Shown: positions 22,861 through 33,165 of the stretch, piece by piece
Layout of the letters: each line of letters starts with the position of its first letter
How positions within the stretch are numbered: position 1 is the stretch's first letter
Assembly (NCBI GenBank): GCA_000697335.1
Contig: JNEM01010838.1
Location: forward strand, 1-33,165
Reading direction: 5' to 3'
Length of the DNA: 33,165 nucleotides
From: Conidiobolus incongruus B7586
Taxonomy: Eukaryota
Program-made: the position numbers and the translations under genes
Notes under the pieces: generated by a model
Told to the model about the DNA's origin: nothing
The model's database searches: none
What the model saw: only the letters and a program-made list of their open reading frames with translations

Positions 22861-24185
22861 TTATTCCACAATATCTTGAACTCGTTCTAAATTCGTAATT
22901 TTTTCGTTACAAATTAAACAACTATAATCGGGATCCATCTTCATTTGAGTGATAATACAAGCGTAGCAGAATCGGTGACTGCAATTCGCCTGGTAAGGAA
23001 TTTGCAACGAACAGTCATCAGTGCCCAAAAATTTAGTATTCAATTGGTCACCTGTGCCCAGTTCCATGGATGCAGTATTCAAATACTTTTCATAGTAGCA
23101 AATTGCACACTTGTCACTTGGTAATTTCTTCAATATAACACCATTTTCGTCGTTTTTAGATCCTGAATGAGTAAATTTTAACCAATAAGTTTGAACTTTT
23201 TGAAGGTTGATAAGAGGAATTAAAAACATCAAGAATTCCTAAATATTTTTAAAATTAATATATAAAGTTAAACTAATCGAAAAGTAATTAATTACAGTGA
23301 AAGCGTCCCAAATTAATTGTCTATTTAAAAATTCGTAACTAATCTGTCTGTTGGATTGTTTTTGATTATAAACTAATCTCAAATTTAATAATCTACCAGC
23401 CAAAGTCAAATATCTAATCTTATATCAGTATTAAATCTATATGATTTGTTATAATCTACTTACTTCCCATCGATTAGAAACCAACAATAATTTAAAAAAT
23501 TAAAATATTTAATATAATTCTTTAATTTTAATAATACTTTAAAAGTTTTATACTTAATAGAATTCTAAATTAAATATTAATGTAAATAATTATATGAGTT
23601 AATTAATTGATAATTACCTCAGTTTCGTCACTCCATCCAGATTTTGAAAGATATTTAATTAACTTTTTAAACATATAAGGTATTCCTATTGTCAACAAAC
23701 CAAACATTAAAATTTTATTTCTAATTTGATTCCCACTAGATTGACTATTTTCTAAACTTAGATTAATATCTAAAAATGATTGAAATATTAAATATGAAAC
23801 TTACTAGAAATGTTAAAATCAAACTTTAAATTTTGTAATTGGTTCCCGTAACTTCCTTTAGTTTTGTTATTAGTTAACATGGAGAAATAAAAACAAGTTA
23901 ATTTTATTAAAAGGTTGATTTCTTCTTCTAGGTTGTTTTTGAAATTTTTCTAAGACATTATTAATATTAGATTATATAAAATTAGAGTTTAGTTACTTTA
24001 AATAATGTAAAACTTTGCCAAAACTGGTCTTTAAGTAAGTTTTGAAGTTCATTATCAAGTAATTGACTGTCCAATTGGCTCACGCGACTCACCTGGAAGG
24101 GTGACGAGTTTAACTTGGATAAAGTTGACAGTTTATTAATATTGATAGGCTCATAAGTAGGCAATTTGACAGTATTAGAACTCAT
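22861..24185 (-). CDS. PEX2: Peroxin-2 (RING-finger peroxisome import E3 ligase subunit); 6 exons
   Basis: Exons 24185-23997, 23949-23805, 23751-23618, 23564-23464, 23413-23296, 23238-22861. Motifs RVSQLDSQLLDNEL, SYGNQLQNLKF, FLIDGKYLTL, RQISYEFLNRQLIWDAFTEFLMFLIPLI, and RING CAIC...PY..NCSHRFCYACI...CLIC. Confidence 0.95.
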
Positions 24186-24883
24186 TAATATGCTTATTGA
24201 AGGTAAAAGATAATTAAAATAAATTGATCATATTGGACTGTTAATCCATAGGATTGAGAATTATTCTCACTAATGCTCATTAATATTTTGTGGGATTACA
24301 ATTAATTTGTATTGAATGTGAGCATGTGATTTTGAATTTTAAATATTCTAAAATAATTATTTTATTGTTGTGGTCACATATATTTCACTCAGATGATCTA
24401 TGGATATATATTATAGTAAATGATTGTATTATCACTTGAATGATAAATGATCAATATATATGGCAATATCTATTAAAAATAATTAAGTGATGTAAACATT
24501 AAAAATTTGATTTGATTTGATAATATTTATTTAATTATTAATTCTAACTAAAATTGAGTAATTTATTATATTATCATATTAAAACTCTGGAAAGTTAAAA
24601 TTATTAATGGAATTTAAATTTTTATTAATAATAGAATTTATTTTAAGTGTTTAATATTGAGATAGTTAAGGTAATTTTAATTTTCATAATAAAAAATATA
24701 TTTAAGTATTTAAATAAATTGCAATAAATTATAAACGATAGTATTGGATAATTGAATTTATATTAAAGTAACAGATATTATGATATATATCGAATTGAAA
24801 TAAAATATATTATTATAAAGATATAATTTGATTATTAACAAACTAAAAAATAATTGGAGAAAAAAGGATTTGGTTATTAAATC

Positions 24884-24965
24884 CGACACCTACAGGATTC
24901 GAACCTGTGCTCCCAAAGGGAAACGCCTTAGCAGGGCGCCGCGTTAACCACTCCGCCAAAGTGTC
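24884..24965 (-). tRNA. trnS-GCT: tRNA-Ser (anticodon GCU), intronless, long variable arm
   Basis: Reverse complement GACACTTTGGCGGAGTGGTTAACGCGGCGCCCTGCTAAGGCGTTTCCCTTTGGGAGCACAGGTTCGAATCCTGTAGGTGTCG folds as a cloverleaf. Oligo-T terminator ~20 nt downstream. Confidence 0.97.
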
Positions 24966-25344
24966 TTGTACAACTTCTTTCAATTATATATTATATATAA
25001 TTTTATAAATTCATTTTGATAAATATTCGGATAATTATCTATATAATTATCTATTTCTTAATTTATTCATTCCCGTATATTTGTTTTATTTTAATATTTC
25101 TATTCAACAATTATCTTTAACATAACATTATCCATATTTTTATTTACTATTTTCCCATAATATTTCACTTTGTGTAATTTCAAATTAGATCAAATAAATT
25201 GCGTCATAGTCAATTTATTTCCTATTTAATCTGATTCATTATTCATAGTCTTTTATTACATTCAATTCTTTAATTATAAAAATTATATTACCTATATTAT
25301 ATAAATACCCTAATCAGTTATTATTAAAAAGTAAATTTATCAAA

Positions 25345-25839
25345 ATGACTGATAATAAATTAAATCAATTTCAATGGGTAATTAACATTAGATGCAATCA
25401 TATTCATTTATTAATTTAAATTTAGGCAACTGTTGAAGATTTGCAACTGAACCCAGCAACTACTTTATTCACCACATCCCAAGTAGAAGACGCTATACAA
25501 CTAATGATAACTCACGACTATTCGCAATTGCCTATAGTAACCAAGCAACGCGATTTAGTAGGTTACGTGACTTTAAAAAACCTTCAAAATCAGTTAAATA
25601 CGAAACGTATCGAATTAAACACCCCTTTGGAAAAGGTAATGTATCCATTTAAAAAGAATATTAATTACGAATTAATTACTCTTGATACACTATTAATTGA
25701 TTTGGACAAATTCTTTAAGAGGAAACATACCGTTGCTTTTATTACTGACGATCAATTAAAATTTTGTATTGGCGTTGTAACGCCTTTCGATTTGGAATTA
25801 TTTTTGGGTCAGAGGAGTCGATTAAATGAATTTAATTAA
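25345..25839 (+). CDS. Stand-alone CBS-domain pair (Bateman module) protein; 2 exons (25345-25377, 25426-25839)
   Basis: Spliced product MTDNKLNQFQWATVEDLQL...AIQLMITHDYSQLPIV...LVGYVTL...VAFITD...IGVVTPFDL resembles the regulatory C-terminus of cystathionine beta-synthase, without a catalytic domain. Confidence 0.88.
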
Positions 25840-25854
25840 TAAATTTAAGTGATT

Positions 25855-28662
25855 TTAATATCTTTGACTTAGTGACGATATGGTAGATTTTAAAAATGCT
25901 ATGAGTCCTTTGTAACCTCGAGATTCGATCTCTCTTAAATGTCTAATTCGATATTCTGCATAAAGTTCTTGTTTTTGCTATTGAAAATTTGAATTAATAG
26001 ATGCTATTTAGTTTGATATATATATATTAAACTTACTGATGAACTTTCAATAGGTAAATATTTAAATAATTCAACGGAAGCAGGATGGTTGGGAGTGATA
26101 TTAGGAGGTAGACGAATTTGATTGCTCTAAACAAAATCTTATTAATACTTTTTCTAAATGAAAAAATAGTGACGTAACTTACATTTAACAATTCCACAAA
26201 GATATCAAAGTCATTAATGTTAAAAAATCCCAAATGATTGGATAAATTCATCAAACTTCCATAGTAATTATTTGATTGTTTAAATTGCTGAATTAAATTG
26301 TTGTTAATATATAACCCTGTAGCAATTTCGTCTTTGGTGAATAGCTTGTTACGCCATAGCATGTTACAAAAATCCATAGTGAGTGCGTTGAGGAAGGCAA
26401 CTTGATCTGTGGTCATCATCATATAGTGTAATAGGTTATGATTTTTGGCTTTGATGAGTTGGGTAATATCCATTGAAGATGTTCGATAATTTGTAAGAAT
26501 ATGGGTGAAGCGGGATAAACTCATTCCATGAGGAATTAAACCCATAAAGATCAAGAGGAATTTAGATGGAATAACCAGTTGAGGTATTTTAAATCGATTC
26601 CAAAGGTTAGATTGCTAAAGTTATATAAGTCATTAATTCAATATAATACAATGTTGATAAATGGATTTACTATTTCATAAAAGTTAAATATGTGGTGTAA
26701 AATATAAAAATTAAATTGGTTCATCTAAAATTAACCTCAATTAATAGCAGTCATATTTAATTGATTCAATATAATTACCTGTAATGCTATTAAACTTAAT
26801 TTTTCATACCATAGAGTCAATTTCTTTAACAATTCTAAATATTCTTTCAACATAGTACATTTGCCAAGATGTTGAAATTTATATGTTGATAAAGCTTCGG
26901 CTGTATGCGATTCCAACTGTGAATATTCCAACTGAAATCTTAAGCACCAATTCTTGAACAATCGTGTAATAGTGTTCATAATTTGAACCTGAACCCAAAT
27001 ATCCATTGTGAGGAATTGATTTTTGAAAGGTTTGAGAACCATTTGATTGAGCTCTTCAAATTGCATAGGCTGTAAAAGTTCAATCAGTGGGAGGAGAGAA
27101 TCGTAATAATCCAAACCATTCCATGTAGTTAGTATGTGATAGATACCAGGTTCCAAACCGGAAGGAACATATCCCAGATAATCGCAAAATTCGTAGCAAT
27201 AATGCAAAATTTGCCCTATATTGTGACTGGATGATTCGTGAAGTAGAATATGTACACAGTTATCGATAATATTCAGACAGAAAGTTTCGTTAGGTTGAAT
27301 TTTGAATAATTCATAAATGAATTTCGATTTTAAGTTGATTAGGTTTTGAGGGTTAAAGTGTAGTTGATGATTCTTTTCAATTAATTCAGTTGTGTTAGAT
27401 ACACTTTCGAAAAGTATCTTCTCTTTCTAATTATTCAGAGTTAATATTTGAATAATAAAAATAAATGGTAATAATTACTGGTAACGTTTGATTTAATATA
27501 GATAGTGAAATGAGCGATCTTTTGGTTCCATTAATAGATGACTAAGATTGAAATAAGTTAGTAAAATTACAATTAAAAAAATAATAAATATATATTTACA
27601 TGATTTAAGTTCAGTTGATTAAAATTGAAATTCAATTTACATTGCCACTCATTAAATAAATTATAAAATTTGAGTTTTCTGGCTTTATCATCATGCTAAA
27701 CAATTAAATACTTAGTTAAATATCAATAAAACTAAGAGCATTGAATTACTGATATGGTTTTAAATAACTGATTTCCATGAAATTTTAACTGCTTGGGCAA
27801 TATGTCCACTTGATTCGGTTTGAACAGTTTAAATGTTAGTAATAATTCTGTTAATTCGGGGCTATAACCGAATTTAGACTGTAATTCCATTCTACAAAGA
27901 AGTTATAATTAGTATTGAATATGTATTAAATGGCAAAATATTTACATTTGACGAATTCTAAATAGAGTAACATGATGAGATCTTGTTAATTTATGTAAAA
28001 TAACGCAAATATAAGGTCTAAATAATAACAATTGATTAATATTTTTTATATATAAATGTAAAAAGAAATTACCGAATAAATTCGTAATCAATATAATGAA
28101 ACCAAATAGAATAAAAATTTTCTAATAAATTGAAATCTTTAATAATTTCCCAAATTAGTATAATCCATTTGGTAATTGATTTCTAATATATAAAAAATAT
28201 ATAAATATAAATATCATAGAATTGTATTATATTATGTAATTTACCAATAAATCTGGCGAATTTTTCAGAGATTTAAATCGACTCAGAATTTTAATAATCA
28301 AGTGGGAAGATATTGGTTCATTTGGAAATAATGTATTTAATATCTTTTTGGAATGTTTGTCATCTAAAAAATTAAAAATAAAAATTAGCATGTGTATCAA
28401 CAAACTACTTATAGAAATACCTATATTCGAATTCAAAATATGATCGAACAAAGTATCCACTTCTTCATGGCTAAATCCTAATCTTGTGGATTTTTCTTCA
28501 TATTCTTTCCAAACTTGAGTTAATGGTCCCTTATCTAAAAATGAATTTAATGTTATAAATTTAAAAAATAATTGAGACTATATTATTACCTGATTTCAAG
28601 GTTGATAAAAATCGATAAATTTTCCATTCATCGGAAGTTGATATTTCTTCATTTAAATTCAT
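25855..28662 (-). CDS. mis6: Centromere protein I (CENP-I/Mis6/Ctf3 family); about 13 exons
   Basis: A frame-consistent GT-AG model gives KWIILIWE...YSIWFHYIDYEFIRPYICVILHKLTRSHHVTLFRI, LTTWNG, and C-terminal YRIRHLREIESRGYKGLIAFLKSTI, matching Mis6-family patterns. Start ATG 28662, stop 25855-25857. Confidence 0.88.
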
Positions 28663-30721
28663 CTTTCATTGAATTATTTTTTGTTGAATAATTTGATTTG
28701 ATTTATTGTCGCCATCAATTGATTAAATTTATATTTTCAATTTAATAATAGAATTTTATGGGATTGATTTATTGCTTGAGCCTTGAGAATTAAAATATAT
28801 GGTTTCTATATCCCTCTAATAGTTACTTAGATTATAAAAATATTAATTTTTGACTTCTAGTAACTAAATTATATTAAGCTAGTACAATTTAGTATAACCA
28901 ATTATCTTTAATAAATAAATTCATAATGTTTCGATAATAAATAGTTTATATGTAAGTTCATTATATTGAAATTAAAATTAGAATAATTTTTTCAAATTGC
29001 TAATAATCTGATTGAATTATTTAAATGACTTAATTTTAATTCTTTATCAAATTCTTACAAGTCTATATATCTATATAAATTATTAATAAAAATTTCGAAT
29101 TAAGAATGAGCCAAAGATGAATTTAATTTTCGAAAATTATCAGTATATATGAACATTTATCTAAAAACGAATCAATATATTATTTATATAACGGTAATAC
29201 AATATGTTTCATATCAAAATTCAATTGATTTCACATTTATTAAAACTTTATTTAGGAAGAAAATCATTTTCTATTTATTATTGAATTAAAATGAAAATTA
29301 AATAATTCAAATATATTCTTTAACAAACTTAAATTTTATTCATAAATTCAAATAATATATTAGGAAAATGGTTTGAAATAATCATTTTTTGAGAAATATA
29401 CTTATTGTATATATCAAAATTAATGTTTTATTTAAATATTTTATGATTATATTGTCCTATAAGGAGAAGTAGGTTGGGAGAGATTAATACTAGCGCGGTG
29501 GTTATGAATATGGGATGAGAAAGCATGAGGACAGAATTTGATGGATGATGGATTTATGGATAGTGAAGTGAATATGTTCCAGAGAGTTTAAAAATAAATC
29601 AAGTATAAAAACAGAAAAAAAATTATGATTCGGTGAATTTACTCTTATTGATAATAATATATATATCAATTTAATATCAAAAGGGTGTTAAACAACTTTA
29701 ATATTAGAGGAATGAGATGTGAAGATATTGGAAAGAATATATCAAGACATTAAACTAGTTCTAATTAGTTTAGATTGATGTATTGACTTAAGTATTAAGA
29801 TATAAATAATGACTATATGAGTAAGGATTGATAAATACTCTAAAAATAAGGGTCAATATAAATGAAGAATATATTTTGTAATAATTTTATTTTTTTGAAT
29901 TATTCAAATCAAGTTGATAATTGTTAAATCCCTCAGCTCGTAGATGGATTTCAAGAATAATGCCCTCAGCATTCTGATACCGATAGCTTAAAGCTAGGTG
30001 TCGGCAATGAAAAGAGTGTTCATTGAGATAGTTGGCCAATGAAGTGGTCAATTCTCACTATTAAGGTTGCTGGACTACTTCAATTAGTAGGAATGAATTC
30101 ACCAATAACTATATTTAAATGATTTTGCTTAAATCATCAAATTTTTATTGAAGCTTTAAGTTTGTAAAAGAAAAAATCGAAAATTTACTTATTAACAGTT
30201 ACTGAGGATATGATTATAAGTTTGAAACAATAGAGGTAGGACAAGATTTTAATTTTATACTGTCAGCAGACAGTCCAGATGATCCAGTATTGCTAGGTTC
30301 ATTTTCCCTGGAAATAGCCAAGTGTTGAGAGGAATTAAGCAGTATTTGAAAAGAGGTTTTGCGACAAAATTATGGTTTCAAAATAAGGTACATATACTTA
30401 TAACATTTGCTCAGCTTATATCTTTGAATAACTCATCATTTATCTAAACAATTAAATTTAATGCCAAAATAAATTTTATGAAAAAATTGAAATATGTAAT
30501 TTGAGAATTTTGGGTTTGTTATAAAAAAGCCTTTTACAAATCAACTGAGAATAGTGGAACAGGACGTATATATCTGGATATTGAAATTGTATATCTAGTA
30601 AAAGATGCGACCTAGGATTTAGCTTTGGGTATTATAACTATAGAATTTGGTTAGTAATCTGAATTATCTGTTGAAAAAATTGGATTTTATGAGTTTTAAA
30701 TTTATATATAAACCATAGAAA

Positions 30722-32195
30722 ATGAATATTCTGACTAGAGTAATATTAATAAATTTGGTATTGGTGATTATCTTTCACTATTTCATTACTTTCAGTTTTC
30801 AAAAATTATACAGTACATTCCTGGAATTACAATCTCGACAACCATCTAGCAGATGCTACAAAATACCGGTGTAGTTGATAGAATGAATTCGTATATACCA
30901 CTATTCCAAAGGCATGGCTTACTCAGACTACTTTTGCAAAAAAGTAGCAAATTATGAACGCTGATCAAGAGTTATTAAAATTGATAGTTATGGATCAATC
31001 TGCTTTGGATAAAATGGCTCCCCATGACTCTATTAAAGATTGTTTAATAGATATCATGTTTAGTACGAATATACTATTCTCGAATTTTTATGATTAGAAG
31101 TAGCATCGTAGAGTAATTAGTCCAATTATTAAGAGAAGATGGAATCTGAATGTTTTTAATGATTGTGTAGAAGAGTTAGTTCAAAATTTGGGCAACTCTA
31201 ATGCTAAAAATGTCGATATCAATGATTTAATCCACAGTGTCTCTAGGGTCATTCACAAAAATCATTGGCATAGAATTGGATGAAATATTATTCGAAGATA
31301 TTCCAGAGCATATGATTTGGTTTAAGTATATTACGGAGAAAGGATTAACGTCTGTTTACTTTTCCAAACTTTTGATAATCCAAAGAACCCTTTTGAGTTT
31401 GAAGCATATAAGAAATCAAACTTTGTCCACTCATTTTTTACTGAAATCATCAATACAAAGAAATATTTTCCAATCAAGCAATGATTCTGGTTTGAGAGAT
31501 ATACTGAGTTTAATATTGACACCCAGTAAAAGTGATTCCGGCAGTTTGACTGAAGAAGAGACCAAATACAATATGCTAATATTCTTTTTAGCAGATCAGG
31601 ACACTACCACATTTACCTTATGTGCCACGCCCCGTTTGTTTGCTGAGCACTCAGACATCCAAGAAAAAGTTGGACAAAATATGTTAACTGTATATGAGAA
31701 AAAAGATATGTGAATAAAAAATTACAAGTTCTCACATATGCTCAACTATATCAACTAGTGTACACACATGCGCGCATTCAAGAAGCGATGCGATTATATC
31801 CAGCAGTAAGTCAGCTGACTAATATTATTACTAAAAAAGAGATTCATTATCGAGATTATACTATTCCAACCCGTACAGCTATAAATACTTATGTATATTA
31901 CATCTATCATAATTCTGATTATTTCCAAGATTCCAATACCTTTGATTCAACTAGATTCTTAAATAAAAGTATTGATATACGGAAAATAGACTCAGATTGG
32001 TTCGCTTTCAGTGCCAGCCATTGTATGTACCAAGGAGTCAGATTCTCAATTTCCTAACTAAAAATTATACTTTCATATATTATTATATGTTACCTTGTCA
32101 AGTCAAGCGGTTCTTTACCTTCTGATAATTCACCTCAAGTAAAAAAATCATTTTTGTTTAAAACAGAAAATTTAATATTAATATAGAAATTATGA
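30722..32195 (+). pseudogene. Cytochrome P450 pseudogene (intronless, frameshifts and stops, heme Cys lost)
   Basis: N-terminal hydrophobic anchor; 'NILFSNFYD*K*HRRVISP' (WxxxR region); I-helix FFLADQDTT; ExxR QEAMRLYP; FDSTRF (PERF); heme motif FSASHCMYQG (32007-32036) in place of FxxGxRxCxG. Confidence 0.92.
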
Positions 32196-32199
32196 AATG

Positions 32200-33165
32200 G
32201 CAAATTTTTTAATTTCTGATCTTTCAATCATATTATATATTTTGAAAGATTATTTATATATAAAATATATATGAAAATAAATTTTTTCAAACTATATATA
32301 TATATATTCAATTTTTATAATTTTTTTAATAAAATATTTTGATTTTAAATTTATAGTTAAATTTAATTATATTTAAATTATTACTCTATATTTTAAATAA
32401 TAAGAATTTTTTGTGATTAAAAATAAATAATCATTTTAATATATAATATATAAAAATAGATATATAGTATAAATTTAATAGTGTTTTTATTATTAATAAC
32501 TTTTTCTATGTTTTTGGTAAACCTCTAATATTTAAAAAATAATTATTTTTATTAAAGACTAAAATTTAATAATTTTATAAATCAATTAAATTTTCCTCTA
32601 AAAAATTTTTTTGTAACTTATTTATTTACTTAAAATAATTATAATTACATAAGTCAAAATTCAAAAATATATTAAATATAGTAGTTTTTTCTAGTTATTT
32701 TTAATTAGAAAGATTTTACAATTTTAACTTTATATATTTTTATAATTATTATATAAAATAATAAGACTTTTTAAATTATATTAAGAATACCAAGTAAAAA
32801 TAATTATATTTAAAAAAAAATATAAAATTTATCATTAATTAATTTTCTTTCAAAAATTAAATAGGAATAGCATATATTATTATAATAAATTATAATAATT
32901 AATATTTATTTAATAATAAAATATTTATTTAAAGAAATTTATAAAGGAGGTTAATTTAACTTAATTTAACACTTTGACTTATATTTAAATAAAGGATTAT
33001 ATAAAATAGTTTAAAATTTATTAGTTGTAATGATTTATTATATTATCTTTAATTTTTAGGTATACCTTAATAGGTTCTATTTAATAAAAGTTATTTTAAT
33101 TATTTTAAGCTTTAGTTAAATTATATGATATCTATTTTATATTTTTATTAATTAATATTAGTTTA
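32200..33165. other. AT-saturated, CpG-free sequence, probably a hypermutated repeat remnant
   Basis: Composition resembles 1-2700, which contains the mutated Tc1. No CpG seen by eye; no protein motif recognised. Confidence 0.35.

Noticed and set aside
31237..32057. ORFs 31237-31713, 31710-32057 and 31331-31522 as separate genes
   Set aside because: Frameshifted pieces and an antisense shadow of the single P450 pseudogene.
1..33165. CRISPR arrays, rRNA, U12-type or non-canonical introns, tRNA-Sec
   Set aside because: No regularly spaced repeats or rRNA motifs seen; all modelled introns are GT-AG with U2-type donors; the only tRNA found is Ser(GCU).

Overview
Very AT-rich eukaryotic DNA with short (~50-60 nt) GT-AG introns, most consistent with an early-diverging fungus (the lineage, possibly Zoopagomycota/Entomophthorales, is inference). 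The left ~12 kb is gene-poor. It holds a full-length but hypermutated Tc1-type (DD34E) transposase and two tandem, diverged pseudogene copies of a protein family I cannot identify. The central part encodes an intronless secreted GH18 chitinase with ChiB-like motifs, a NIPSNAP protein, a strongly structured ~230-nt candidate ncRNA, a CsbD-like small protein, NADH pyrophosphatase (NPY1/NudC) convergent with PEX2, tRNA-Ser(GCU), and a stand-alone CBS-pair protein convergent with CENP-I/Mis6. The right end holds a cytochrome P450 pseudogene and AT-saturated sequence. Exon boundaries and translations were worked out by hand; no database searches were run.
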